From: Hydrolagus affinis
Lineage: Eukaryota
Direction of reading: 5' to 3'
NCBI GenBank assembly: GCA_012026655.1
Contig: JAAILG010000109.1
Coordinates: 62,001-126,000, forward strand
DNA length: 64,000 bases
The notes under the pieces are model-generated. The model made no database searches. It was not told the origin of the DNA and saw only the letters and a list, made by a program, of their open reading frames with translations. Made by a program: the position numbers and the translations under genes. Each line of letters begins with the position of its first letter. Position 1 is the stretch's first letter. Shown here piece by piece: positions 37,978-54,103 of the stretch.

Positions 37978-40900
37978 ATAATATGTTAGGTATGTAGGGA
38001 GAATCATGCCAACAGTGAAACTTCAGTAGAAGAACATGTATATAGCAGCACACTTACAGAGAACCACAATCAATTTGGGGTTGAAAATAAGGGAACTTGA
38101 AATTAAAGTTTCCATGGACTTTCGAAGTGTACCAAGTCTGATCTTTGACACCACATTTGAGATAGCATTTAGAGATCGGTGCTTTAACACAAAACCTTCA
38201 ATGGACATCAAACACTTGGTATTTTCAGCAGAAATTAAAAGGCAAGAACATAATCCATCTTAAAATGTTTTTTGCAACTATACCTCAAAATAAAAAAAAT
38301 CAACTAAATGTTGAAGTAAGCCACATTCTTTCCTTTTTCGTGGGAAAATAACATCAGCCATCAAAAAAATGACCTTTTAGAAGATTTCAGGAGTTGCTTT
38401 ACTCTTGCTTTACAAGTTTATGATGTTTCAAAACTAGAGAATCAGAAGTCATCACGCTGCTTTGGTGCCACCTTATGGTGGTGCACATAACAGTTAATGC
38501 CAGTGCCTGATTGCACAAAGTAAAAATGTTTAAATAATTGATACATTTTCACTACTAATCATTTTTGATAACTGGAGGCTACTCAATACCTTTCGTGTCT
38601 TATACAATCTGGTGAATCCAAGGGCATCTATGAATAATATCATTTGCAGCGTTGAACACCCGCAATAATAAATATTAAATTAATACTGTAATTGTATGTG
38701 TGCTAGGACACAATTAAAGTAATTCAAAGATCCAAACAAGGTTTGTAGTCTATCCAGTGGCATTTAAAATATCAGGAAAATGGGATTGATCTTTTCAGGG
38801 GGGAGGAAGCAAAGGGAATGGAAAAGTTGGAATCTTCCAACTCACTATCATTTTATTTAATACTAAGGTCAGTATTTCTATGCTGCTGAGATTTGCTTTC
38901 TTTCATCATTAATTTTTTATGTTGATGCTCATCTCTTGTAACAAACCATTAAAGCAATATCAGATACCTAATTGTAGATCATTAAGAGTTAAAGCATTGC
39001 AATCAATTATTAAAAAAAAATTCTAGCAGAGTGCCTCTTTAACCACAGAAATTAATTTTTATTAGATTTGTGCAGCTTTCTGAAAGAAAAGTGAGACACT
39101 TTGCCAAACAGTTAACACATTCCAGAAAGATTACTTCATGAATTTGTCAACATTTCACGAGGCGGTGTATTCAAATTGACAACGTGAGATACTCATTTTA
39201 AAATAAATTTTTGCTGAAGCTTGTTGCCAAGTGACAAGAGCACAAAAAAGCAGCAGTTTCTTTTCTTTCACAAAGTATTTTTTTAAAAACTTTACAAAAT
39301 GAGGGAGCAAAATCAATTGTACAGTGGGGAACCAAATCAAATTCCTGATGGGTTTGTGCAGGACAAGAGGGACTATGCCTGTAATTGTATTGTTACTACA
39401 ACAGCAAACGTAATGATTTCCTCATGGATGCCAACTCCATGTCTTTATGGTTGTAATCAGGATGCATCTCAATAAATTATACTCTTCTACTGTTCAGCAT
39501 TGATGAATAATTCTGAGCGAATACCACTGAGTGCGTGAGTGTGTGCTTGTAATCGAAACTGTCTTGGAAAATGATATGCTGTAATTCTCCAGAGTTATAA
39601 CTAGGTGGCATCCGCGTGCAATGTAATAACAGTTCCTCCATCCCAAATTGCGATGTTCTGTCCATAGACTTCTAGTTACATAGGAGCATTTATGTATTAT
39701 CCCTATTCTAGCCACCATTCCAATCTTTGGATAATTTCCTTCATTGGGAAGTTTGGTCCAAGAATTAAAATGGAAATTACTACAAGGAAACAACAGGAAC
39801 AAAAATATAGTTTATAGCTGGGATTGCCAACGTGTAAAGTTAAACTACATTTCTAATCAATTAATTGTGCTAGTCAGAATTATTTTAAAATTGTTTCATT
39901 GGGAACAGTGTCAGAACTTAATTCTGTTCAGATTGATAATAGATTAGCAGAAGGGCCTTCACCAATTTGTTCAGTGATGAGGCATGAATGCTGTAAATTA
40001 ATCTGTATTGATTACTAACTCAGTCACTTCTGCAGAAGAAATTGCTTAGGAAAATTATGCAGATTTACCTTTAGTGGCTAGTTTAATGGGGACACACACA
40101 CACAAAATCACATGATGAACACAATTTAGACATTGTTTCTGAGAACCAAGATATAAAGTATACAATAGTATTGGATACAAAGAAAAGAACTGAAAGAGCC
40201 TATAGTCTTTCATATTAAAGCTTACTTTGTTTCAAGAATTCAAGAGTTAATCTTTTATTGACCACAAGAGTTTCATGACATTTTGTTTATCACCGTTATG
40301 GTCAAAATAAAGTATCTAAAATATACTTCCAACTATTTGAAGCAGAAGTATTGACTTAACTGTTGCAGAGTTTGTTCTCAAGAGAGTCATTCAAAAACCG
40401 ACTCTGATTTGCAAAACAAAAAGTACATTGCACAAACAATCTTTTACAATCTTCCAGAAGATATGGCAGCTCTTGAAACCCCATGCAGTATTCACAGGAG
40501 AATTCTCAACATTGCTAAACCATTTGAAGTGCATAATTTACATGAAGATTGTGAAAATAATCCGCAAAACTAGACCAAACAAACATGGTGAAAGCAATTG
40601 TGCCGTTTAAAGAACATGTCAAATCTGGCTTGATACTTATCAAAGACCTAAAAACACTAAGGCCATTAAAAAGAAACTCTGTTATCCTATGAAAAACATC
40701 ATGCATTATGTAATTGAATGAAACTGTAGCCATATGCATCTCAATCTCATGCATTATATACAGCAGGTAAAAGTGTAAAAAGATTCCAAACTTACACCAT
40801 TACAGAATCGTGATTTAGAAACACTACAAAACACACTCCTGTTGGAGGAAATACAAATACAAAGAACCTAACTGTGATAATCAAACCACACATTTAGGAT

Positions 40901-42937
40901 TTACTGGAGCATTTGACTAGATAACCAAAGGAGACTGCACAGTGGAATAATCCTAAACAATAAAATAAACTGGTGATAATTTAAGGGCTGCATTAAGGCA
41001 TCATTATAATCTGTCTAATCAAGTGTTAGATGTGGTGTGAAATCCTGGGAATGTTTGGTTGACACTTTTTTTTAGCGATTTTATAAGCAGTGACTTTTCC
41101 CCAAGTTTGTATTTCCTTCATTTTTAAGCAACATATAAAATCAATTCAGATCACCTCATGCCCACCACCACTTCTCAGCATCATCTACTTGGTTGTGAGG
41201 ACAGAATGGTAACCTGTTACCAGGCCTCTGAAATTTCTATTACCCATTCTAAACATTTCCTGTTGATAGGCTGACCAGGAATTTTACATGAGTGGATCTA
41301 TATCTGATGTCTCAAAGCATAGAATATTCAAGCAACATACCACAAAACTTCTTTTGCAACACCTATTTAAAAAAAATTAAAGCTACTGAGGAATGTAGTG
41401 CAGAGTAAATGTGGTGCAATAAATTGAATTATATTTTCAAAATATATTATGCTCATCACAGCAATTTTGCCCGTACTACTTTATAGACTTCATATTAGGA
41501 CAGAACATACTCATTCTCCATTTGACGCCAAATGTCAATTCTGCTGCTGAGCCTGTAGAACATTACTTGCCTATTGTTTTTTGCAGTATGGAAGGTCTTG
41601 TTACCAGCCACCTCATTAGCATCAGACACAAAATATATATGGCACAGCTGACAGAAATTACAGAAAGGGAACACCACTAAAAGGGTTTGCGTGCGCTCAT
41701 TAACTTGCCACTTATACACATGCTGGCCATAAGATCTCTTAGGATTTCACATGCTCAGAAATGCAAGGCTCTCTTTACCCAAACTGTTTCTTTTAAAATC
41801 ATTTACGCTATGTTGCTAAATAACTCTGATTTATCACCAATCATGTGATGCAATACCACTTTTGTTCAAAAGACACTATTCAATCATAGGAGCCTACCAT
41901 CTAAAAAGCTATGAGCAAAAGCAATCAATCCATTTTGCCTATATTAGAATATCAAACAAAAGTTGACTTTTCAAAATAAACACTGGTAGAAATGTAAGTG
42001 TTGCATCTTGAAATTCCTCACAGTAATATCATAATAAACTTAATGAATATGCATTATCTCTCTCAAAAGTTTCTATTATTGGTGAAAGAGAGAAAAAACA
42101 TTTTGGGCCAGATGTATTTCAATAAGTGGTCTATTGTTTGACATGTAACCATCTTGGTCATTTAAAACTATTAAGATCATCTTGAATGCATATCCTGTGT
42201 TGATCAAAGAAGTAAGGCTGTGATAAGGTGACAGTTTTTTTCATCCATGCCTATCTTGCACATAGGTTCAGGAGATAAAAAAAAATACTACTAAATGCAT
42301 GGTAATTGCAAATCCAGAAATTATCATCGGTCAAATACTCTAAAGTCTAATTACAATATCTTGAAGCAGGCTGGAGTCCATAATTGGAGGATTAAGATAC
42401 ACTTAAAAACATGCCAGCCATCTGTTGGAAAAAGTATAATTCACAGCAAAAAATAAATAACTTTGTACACACTTTTGTTTTCCAAATACCAATGTAAATA
42501 CTCCCAACACCCATAGCAAGTGAGACTACCTTGAAACAGATATATTAATCATTCATTCATTCATTACAAATTCAAACACTGTTTGACTAACCTGAACCAA
42601 ATTTGCAAAGTTCTCAGCACTATATAAACTCAACCAGCTTCTGCCTGGTTGCCACAATCCTCTAGTCCTTCACCCATCCTTAAGAATGTTTCCAAGTGTG
42701 ATTGGTTGCATGTGGAAGAAACACACTTTCAACCAAATCAAAGAACCTGACATGTTTTCATTTCCGACAGCTGTCTTCCTGTCTTAATGACCACATTTGG
42801 TAAAGTGGGTTCAGTCCCACCAGGGCTGCTCCTAAACTATTGCTTCTCTCCCTGGTACAGCTGATTGCTAAGGTTTTCCCATTTATGTAATGTGAATAAT
42901 GATGCCTTATCCCCATCCACTCCACCACACACACACA

Positions 42938-42995
42938 GCTCCCAACGTGAAAGGCACTCTATAAATGTAATTCTGTTGTTGTATTTTGTTGTTGT
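42938..42995 (+). mobile_element. L2 3' tail stub
   Basis: ctcccaacgtgaaaggcactctataaatgtaattctgttgttg. Confidence 0.75.
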
Positions 42996-43754
42996 ATTTC
43001 AGTTATGCAATTTGGCAGGTAAATGGGAGCCTATAACGTACATTTAAGAGACTGCCTGTGGAATGCCCAAGGCATTATATTATTTTATACTTTTAAGCAA
43101 TTCTCATGGGTGCACGGAAAACTAGCTCACATCAGCAAAGGCAAAATCAGGCAAGGCACTGTTGTGCACAAAGAGACAGTGATTTGAATTGGGATTGAAT
43201 ACAGTGTTGTATTTGTTGGCATCCTCTCTGTGGTTGTTTTGTGATGTCTGCTTTCCTCAACCAATCCAAAAGTGAAAGGCCTTGACAATAAGCTTACTGG
43301 TTTAAGGCTGTGAACTGCAAAAATCCAAAGTCAAAAACAGAAAAAATGAATTTTGCAGCTTATACTATTGAACAGGGTGTGCGTGAATAGTGTACAAACC
43401 ATAACATTATTTGGGACTGAAAAGGTGCATAGAAAACCAAATGTAAACCGTCCATCTGTGAGTTAGAAAGTGAGAAATTAAATTTTATGCTTGGAAGTCA
43501 CTGCATTCTGTTACCCAGTGGATTTTTTTTGCAACTCTGCTTTGAATAAGAAATCCCAAATACATCCCAAATACATTTAAATGTTTAGATTAAACCATTT
43601 CACCATTGTGCTACTGAAACAATTATTATTTAAATCAGTTCATTTGTTGATTGTTATGTATAAAGATTATCTGTATGCATAAATTAACTTCAACATCATC
43701 TGAAGAGAAATAGAGTAAATACTGCTGTGATTGACATGCGGCGTAGTATCATTC

Positions 43755-43935
43755 TTCAGGTAAGATGGTAAACAAAGGTCTTTACTACCTGTTCATGTGG
43801 AGGTTAAAAATTCCTTGACGCTAAATCGGAAATAGAAGGGAGTTTCTCCCACTGTGCTGGCCAATAATTCCCCAAATAAAAATGGACATTAATTTCATTG
43901 ATGTTTGTTGGACATTGCTATGCACAAATTGGCAG
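43755..43935 (+). mobile_element. Ancient DeuSINE central (Deu) domain
   Basis: gtggaggttaaaaattcc..gggagtttctcccactgtgctggccaataatt..cattgatgtttgttggacattgctatgcacaaattggc; the reverse complement aligns with the 19290-19450 segment. Confidence 0.65.
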
Positions 43936-43948
43936 AGAAGCTTTGACC

Positions 43949-44148
43949 ACAACAACAACAAAATTACATTGATAGAGCGCCTTTCAATTCAGGAGGACGT
44001 CCCAAGGCACTGAACAGTCAGGACCCAAGCATGAGGGAGGGAGAGAGGTGGGAGGGCAGCCAAAGGCATGATTGAAAAGGAGGATCTTGAGACCTGCCTT
44101 GAAGGAGGCAAGGGAGAAAGTGATGCAAAGGGACTATGGGATGGACTA
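43949..44148 (-). mobile_element. L2 LINE 3' end
   Basis: (AAC)n then aaaattacattgatagagcgcctttc..ggaggacgtcccaaggc..ggaggatcttgagacctgccttgaagg; similar to 31680-31860. Confidence 0.85.
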
Positions 44149-44305
44149 CAAATGCATTGTATATTATATATATTACAAATATAGTACAGTATATGTACAA
44201 TATATGTACAGTATATGTTCAACAATAGTTGAACACTCCTTTCATTGAGACCACTCTGTGTTCACAAGCAAACCTCGACTGATAACTGTAAATTATCAAG
44301 TCTTT

Positions 44306-44604
44306 GGGGAGTTCTGTGGCTCAGTGGTTAGAGTACTCGCCTTGCAAGCGAGATACCTGGGTTCCATTCCAGGCAGGACGAAATCCTGGGAAAATTTCCT
44401 TACTCCGCACACTTATTAATAATCCCCCCCAAAAAAATTGTTCATTTAAATCCACGAATGTTTGTGGGACACTGTTGTGCACAATTTGCTGCTGTATTTT
44501 GCCTACAAGTATACAGTGAATTTACTTTGCAGTATATTTTGTGAATCACTTTGGGACGTCTAGAAAATGTGAAAAGTGCTACATCAAATGCAAGTATTAT
44601 TATT
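44306..44604 (+). mobile_element. Full-length tRNA-Ala-derived SINE (short form) with L2-type tail
   Basis: A box TGGCTCAGTGG at 44317-44327; anticodon arm CTCGC-CTTGCAA-GCGAG at 44336-44352; B box GGTTCCATTCC at 44360-44370; Deu-like segment; tail ending (TAT)n. Confidence 0.92.
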
Positions 44605-46065
44605 AATTAGCATTGAATTGACAGCATTATTTAGACAGCAACTAAAAAATCATGCACTCCTCATTCTTAGAAAACAAAACGTATAGTTTTTTAAACAAAA
44701 ATAAGTATGATAGTTTTTGCTTGGTTTTGGGGAATCAGTAAGGGTGTCCCTTATTTGAAGGGAAATATGTATTTGTGAACATCTGAGCAGAAAAATATTG
44801 TATATTTCAAGTTTATGTAGAATGAATGATCATGGGGAGGAAGGAGAGTACTGGAAGGAGTTGTCAACTTTGAAAATTGCGTCCCGGTTTACGTCATTGC
44901 CTTTAGGAGAGGAGAGATTAAGTGGGATACTGAGAGGCAAACAGTTAAGGTTCCAATTACAAAATGAAATCTCACTAGTGTGCCTACATTATCCCGCAAT
45001 AAAAGAATAGATGGAAAACATACATTTTGTAGCAGCAATAAAAACAAATTGCTGGTGTACTAAGAGTATTTGTAGAAATGAGTAGTGATTCCTTCTCGTT
45101 TATTCCAAGGGAAAATAATATATTAATCAATCGTCAATATTTAGAATTACTACTGGAGCAGCATAATTGTACAGTAGATTGAATAGCACAGCAGCTTGCA
45201 GCTGGGGTCAACTTGTGGGAGAATATGATTGAGTGTTTAATGCACCAGGCTGGTCACCAATCCTAATAAACTGTCTAAGAAATAACTTTTAAACTTTTAT
45301 ATGTTTACAAACTTTTAAATAGTTTGTGTAATAACTATCTAGAGAGCAGATTAGGCTGGACTTGGCAGTTTCAGCATTTTCTTAAATTTCCCAACTCAAT
45401 TCTATTACTTAAATAGTACACAGAGGTCTAATTTTCAAAATGTACACTGTTATTGGTATGAAAGGTGGTGAGCTTTTTACGTCCCCACACAGTTCAATTG
45501 CAATACCAAAGAGAGTGTTTAAAGACTTTCAGGCCTCAAAAGATTTAAAATGTTTTAAACAGTAATAGTAAAACTCAAATCATTTACTGTTTAATTGCCC
45601 CTATTGATGTTATTTTAAGTGATACAGAGTACTGAAACTGCATAGGTACAGGAATAAAAGAACACTAAGTTCTCCAACTGTAACATATATATGTGTATAT
45701 ATATATATATGTATATACAGTACTGTATAGTGTTTTATTCTGATTTGATACAAACTGCAGTGATATAAGATGTAGGTGGGTGGAGAAATTATCATACCCC
45801 TGGTGGAAGATAATTATAATCTCCCACGAAAGTTTACTTAAACTTTTATTTTATTATTCAGTTCATTCCCTGATGTATTTAATGCCTGGAATTAAGAATT
45901 TACCAACTGACAATGTGAGCAACAGACATTTGGGTTTGAATAAATGAGCAACTGCAGGACAAGAGATAATAAATGTATGTTGTGTCTTATTGCATTTGGG
46001 ACTGACAATCATGCAGTATAATTATGTTTGAATAACACTAATGACCTATCCCCAAGTCCCTATTT

Positions 46066-46385
46066 ACATAGAATTATTCAAAATGATGCAGAATAGGGAC
46101 AGGTCATTCGACCCAATTAATCTTCGTGCTCCACCCCTCCAGGTACCCTCTTCTATACTACTCTATTCCCTTCATTCCTCCCCAATGCAAGCATTATAGT
46201 TTTCTGTTAAATGGGTTCACATTTTTTGCTTCAACCACAGCTTATAGCAGTGAGTTTCACATTCTTACCACCATTCTTATTCATGCGTAAAGAACTTCCT
46301 TCTAAACTTTGTTTTAGATCTGATGCTAGCTTTTTTGTATTGATACCCCCTTGTTTCAGATTCATCAACCAATGCAAGCAACCAA
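46066..46385 (-). mobile_element. Old CR1 3' end
   Basis: acatagaa..caggtcattcgaccca..gcttcaaccac..gcagtgagtttcacattcttaccacc..aaagaacttccttcta..cccccttgtt. Confidence 0.6.
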
Positions 46386-47295
46386 TTAACATCCAAGTGG
46401 CGAAGAAGGTTTAAGGAACATGTAATTTACACCCGCTACAATATATACAATGCTTTACAATACTTTCTGAAACTAGCCCACAGTAATACTGTAATAAATA
46501 TATCCATACCAGTCAAGTAATAACAATCTTTTTTCACTACAATAATTCCAAATGACCAGCAATTACGCCAGCAATATCCCCAGTTAACATATTCTACCTT
46601 TGCAAATACTGTACAGTACTAACAAAAATGATAATTATTTTCTGATAAATGAAGGAATTCAGAATTCTTCTTCACATGTAAGCTTCAAACTACATTGAAT
46701 GGATTAAAAATGTAGATCATTTTAGCTACAACAATCTGGCATCTGATCCTCAGTTAAACTTCAAAGTAAATCGGTAGTCTTGTGACCCTGTAAATCATAT
46801 GGTTCATGCAATTAGACAGCACCAAGTTATATCTGTTGTGCCGTTAACCAGATATTTTAGACATTGGGGAACTCTAATTGTTTATCTTGTGAGCTATTCA
46901 ATAAGGTACATTACTTTTCCAGCAGATGCATAAAAAACATCAAGTCATGATCAATGGGCAATTGTCTTCCTACCAGTCCCTTAGGGACTTAACTTGACTC
47001 TACTTTGTTTCTCATCTTTTATCAAAGTGTTGGCTGATACCTGAAACTCTCTCTTAAACATCAACATTTAATTGCACTTGATCATTACTTCCATTATTAA
47101 GGCTATTGGAAGAAGAGCAATAGGAAATCTAATGCGTCTGTTGGCAGACCAATACAGTTGTTTCATTCTTCCAATGACCATATTTCTAAACAGTGAGACA
47201 AGTGCTTCTTACCATTGCCTCCAGCTGCCACCTATAATATTAATAATCCCTGCAATTGATGATATAATACAGTATATGATATCCCACATTCGCTT

Positions 47296-47474
47296 TGCCT
47301 CCGCTCAAGTGCTTCCTATCTGACGTGCCTTCAGCCACCCTCTTTGCCCTCCACCCTCCCTGATCTCACCCCTTCCCAACACCTTCCCCTGCTCAGATCC
47401 AAATCCCTGACTGTCCAAGACCTTGTAACATCCTCCCGATATGAAAGGCACTTTACAAATGTAAATGTATTGTA
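47296..47474 (+). mobile_element. L2 LINE 3' end
   Basis: C-rich 3'UTR followed by ccttgtaacatcctcccgatatgaaaggcactttacaaatgtaa. Confidence 0.7.
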
Positions 47475-47483
47475 TCTGATATC

Positions 47484-47607
47484 AGCCTGATAATAAACCC
47501 TAAAAAAAATCGGTCATTTCAATCCTTGACTGTTTGTGGGACCCTGCTGTGCGCAATTAGCTGCTGCATTTCGCCCACATATATACAATCAAATTCACTT
47601 TACAGTA
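47484..47607 (+). mobile_element. SINE internal fragment (Deu-like part)
   Basis: gcctgataataaaccctaaaaaaaatcggtcatttcaatccttgactgtttgtgggaccctgctgtgcgcaattagctgctgcatttcgcccac..ttcactttacagta. Confidence 0.85.
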
Positions 47608-47859
47608 CTGAACCATGATCAGATTATTCAGTGCCTTCCTATTCTAGGGATGCAGTCGTGATGTGTGACATGCTGTTAATCTTTATGTAATCTGAATTTG
47701 TTTTAATAAAAGTATATTTCACTGATTATTAATTGATATTTTGTTTAGTGTGATTGTCTTGAAGGACAAATAGGCTATAAAATAATTTGTGCAGAAAATA
47801 AAATAAATTAGATAAATCCAGATGGCTTAGAAGCACAGAGGTGTGGAGTTAGACTAATG

Positions 47860-48699
<840 letters not shown>

Positions 48700-49526
48700 T
48701 AACTAGTTAAACGCCTTCCAAATTCTCAGAAGACAAAATTAATTGATTTCAACTGCACTTGAAATCACTTGAAAAATGACAACTTTTTTTCTGGCGTTTT
48801 ATTAAACAAGGTTTGCCAATACCTTTTATTCTAAGTTCTAAAATTCTAATTGAATAAGTGCTGCACCGCAGACTTTATTAATTAGAGGAAAATCCATCTG
48901 TCGTATTTTGAATTTCATTTGAATAGAGCGATTTTTTATTTGTCTTTGTGTGAGTGCGATAACGTTTTCAATTTCACTCGGAAAATATTGGGTAAAGCAA
49001 TTATTTCCAGGGACCTTGTGAACTTTTGATTTTGACTGCTGGTAACATGTTGTTTAGACAAGTTTATATCGTCATCTTGGTATATTTTGGCACCTGAATT
49101 AAAGTTATTTCTTGCTTTATCCTCCAATTAGATTTTCAGTACTGGTAACTATCCAGAATGCTGAATGTTGGAAGAAAATGCATACATATGTGTGCAGCTG
49201 ATTTAATATATATAATAGATATATTTAATAGAAAAAATTGTTAAGTTGCATTGTGAACAAGCTTAATTGAAAAAACATCAGCAGCAATGTCAACTCTACG
49301 TATGTGGTCACATTGCTGGTTCTCTACAACATTATGAGCACCACAAACTGCAACTTTTGTTCATAGTGAGTTCATAGTGTAACGCATAACCTTCTGACCC
49401 AAACTGTAACCCAGCAGTATAAGACCAACATACACCAAGAAGAATGAAAAACCATCCATGGGATGAAAGAACAATTAATATGGAGCATTGGATATGAGCA
49501 AAAACTTGTGTATTTATTTAAGGGAG

Positions 49527-49586
49527 GTTTCTTTCTGCCAAATCGGAATTTCAGTTTCTTTCTGCCAAATGGGAATTTCAGTTTCT
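49527..49586. repeat. 27-bp tandem duplication (about 2.2 copies, 1 mismatch)
   Basis: gtttctttctgccaaat(c/g)ggaatttca twice, then gtttct. Confidence 0.95.
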
Positions 49587-49684
49587 GCTGATTGTTAGAA
49601 ACAAAAGCATATGTCATAATTATTCATCCAAGACTATGTTGAATTCTAAAGAACTTTACAATGCATCTTTTGGGGTTAATATAG

Positions 49685-49876
<192 letters not shown>

Positions 49877-50286
49877 TAGAGCTGAATCAAAGAGAGAGAA
49901 CAAAAGAAGTGGACTTCAGAATTTCATAATAACTTTTACTTGTAATTAAGGTAATTCATGTTGATAAATTGACAACATGCAATCAAATGATTTTTTTAAA
50001 AATGCATTGGCAACAGTTTCAGGCAGAACACAAATAGTGTTGTTTCTAAAGCATTTGCTTAAGGACAAATTTACACGCTTGTATTCATTAAGTTTGTTTT
50101 AATGTCCATTTTCTAAGTTGGACCACATAATTTTAACAATTGTAAATAAAGTGTTGATCAAATTGCATGCTATTGCTGTAAATCCATTTCCATTGATCAC
50201 AGTTGATCACAGTTCATATTTGATATGATTTATATGAAAAATCAATGGATGATACCAACCTAATTCTAATGACGATACTGAAATAA

Positions 50287-50568
<282 letters not shown>

Positions 50569-50742
50569 TAACCTTAGCCAAAAAAAAGTCTAAAATAAAG
50601 CATCAGGAATTGCAAAATATTAATTTTGAAAAAATGTTTCATGGTCTTGAAACTCTATCAAAAACCAAGTTTAGTTTTACATTGTCACATATCATGTTCC
50701 TTCTTATATAGGGATTTGTTTAATATTTGCATTGTTTAATAT

Positions 50743-50779
50743 TTGCTATTGACCATCTATTTTAGATGGTCAATAGCAA
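50743..50779. repeat. Perfect 17-bp inverted repeat with 3-nt loop
   Basis: TTGCTATTGACCATCTA-TTT-TAGATGGTCAATAGCAA. Confidence 0.97.
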
Positions 50780-50949
50780 TAACCAGGTCACCTTTACTTT
50801 TCACAGTAGTCTAAATTTCTCTTATACTTAGATTTACAATTACTAATTGCAACAATTATCTTTGAGGACGATAGGTCATTTGGCTAATGGCAGGGGTATG
50901 ATTAATATGTCACTGGGATAAAATATCATCTGGGTCTAGATTTAATTGA

Positions 50950-51090
50950 GATCTTTATTTAGGAAGAACAGGTCTGTTAGGTTATGGGGAGAGGGCTGGG
51001 CAGTGCGATGGAGTTGCTCTTTTCAAAGAGCCGGCACAGACTAGATTGGCAGAATGGCCTCCTTTTGTGCTGTAAGATTCTATGATTCTA
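50950..51090 (+). mobile_element. CR1 LINE 3' end in OLFM3 intron 3
   Basis: ggttatggggagagggctggg..ttcaaagagccggcacagac..gaatggcctccttttgtgctgtaagattctatgattcta. Confidence 0.85.
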
Positions 51091-51894
51091 CGTAGGATTT
51101 TAGAACATATAAAATTTGGCACATCGTGAATTTAGTCTTAACTCCAAATTTGTTTTATGGCAGTGCTGGCTTCAAAATTAAGGATGTACTGTATTTGTTA
51201 AATTTGAGATATGCTGAACTACTATATTAATAGAGCAAGTCCAACTCCAGATGGAATTTCTATCTCAATGTTCATGCCTTGGTCATAGCTACCATATTTA
51301 GGATGTTGTGAGATTAAAACACATGCAAAATAAAACATTCATTCAATGCTTAAACTTGATGCTTATTAAATTGAGATTCACAAATTACACATGACAGCAA
51401 TTATGTAGTAAAATCATTTAAATTTCAGACAGATGCTTATATAAAATGTTCAATATACTGTATATTGAAATAAATTCAAATACAATTGAGATTGAAAATG
51501 GTAATGAAAAATATTTTTTGAAACTCAGGTATTACAGATTTGAATTTTGCTTTGCTTGCCACAATATATTTGCCTTGGAAAACAATGAGCGGGCTGGGAG
51601 ATTGACAGACCTCAACTAAACTATCCAGTACTGTACTGTATTTTGAAAGACAGTGCACATATGTATCCATCAATGCTTCAGAACTTTCAAATCAATGAAC
51701 AATGTTTTTTGCAAACCAGTTATTAAAGTAAGGCACCACTACACCTGCTTTTTCATGAGACTACAAATGCTGCAATTTTAGAAGTACTTATTATACATGA
51801 ATCAAGATCCTAATACTGTAATTTGTTTTCGAACTATAAAATAGTTCATGCTCAAATGACAGCCTTTCTCCAGATGGTTTTCATCTTAATCTAA

Positions 51895-52281
<387 letters not shown>

Positions 52282-52440
52282 TAATTGTTCCTTTTAATGT
52301 GTGATATTGCAAGGTACAACCAATAATTTACACCCGCTCTTTAGTGACTTTTGTCAACTTTCCACAATCTGAATTAAACTAAATTCATATTCTACAAAAG
52401 AAACTGTAGTAAGATATTTCTACAATCATAATATTTTTGA

Positions 52441-52578
<138 letters not shown>

Positions 52579-52955
52579 TGATGTTTTATTCCAGAGTAAT
52601 GTTGCTGCATGCATACTTGTTTTCAAAATACTGTACCAGTGATTTCACCTGAAGTTCTAGGTATATTTTCTTTTCAAAAAATTCAAATAACTAATATATT
52701 AATAGAGCGGCAGGGTACACATAGTTAATTCTTGCAACACTCGCATTACCTAACACTGACTATTATTGGAGACTACAAATATAGCAATCTGAAAAAAAAA
52801 TCATTTTAAAGGATTAGTTTACAAGGATATTTCTCACATTATTCATTGACACCACTGTCATTCACAATACGGGTTTTGAACACATGATCAGCTTTACCAG
52901 TAGAGTAATTATTTATCTATGTGAAGCTTTTGATATATTTACATTTAATCCATGA

Positions 52956-53666
<711 letters not shown>

Positions 53667-54097
53667 ACCCCAAGGTTTCTTGCTGTGGAGCAGTAACCAC
53701 AAATCACTTGCTAATGGTTCAGATACAATGCTGTTTCTATTCAGTGTGAACATTCCTGCTAAAGTTCTCAGAGAAGATGTTTTTAACATTATTCTTTAAA
53801 TGATCTGAGTGGATAGTGAATTAACATGCCTATAATTGAATTATTTATACTCTAGGCTCGTGTTTAAATGTAACATGAAGTGATAAAGTCTTTCAACATC
53901 ACCAAACTGCTGAGATGAAAACTGTCAATTTGCCTTATACTTGAATACCAGAAGTGTCTGGTAGCTTAGCTGCATGAATGTCTGTGATCTTTGGTTTTGT
54001 CCTTAAAAAGTTAAAAAGGCTTTCTTATATATAAATCAACTTTTGTATAACTTTACAAACACAGTAAGGTGTGTTTTGTGGTAATTAGTTCTGTGAT

Positions 54098-54103
54098 AAT
54101 AAA
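54098..54103 (+). promoter_or_regulatory. Candidate polyadenylation signal AATAAA in the OLFM3 3'UTR
   Basis: First AATAAA I noticed after the stop (~430 nt downstream), followed by T-rich sequence. The true 3' end may lie further downstream. Confidence 0.35.

Noticed and set aside
38462-38485. CTCF-like motif or short hairpin (GGTGCCACCTTATGGTGG)
   Set aside because: Mismatch at a core position and only a weak stem; not supportable.
44306-44380. tRNA-Ala gene
   Set aside because: It has A/B boxes and an anticodon arm, but the B box is mutated, the acceptor stem is not clean, and it continues into a multi-copy SINE body.
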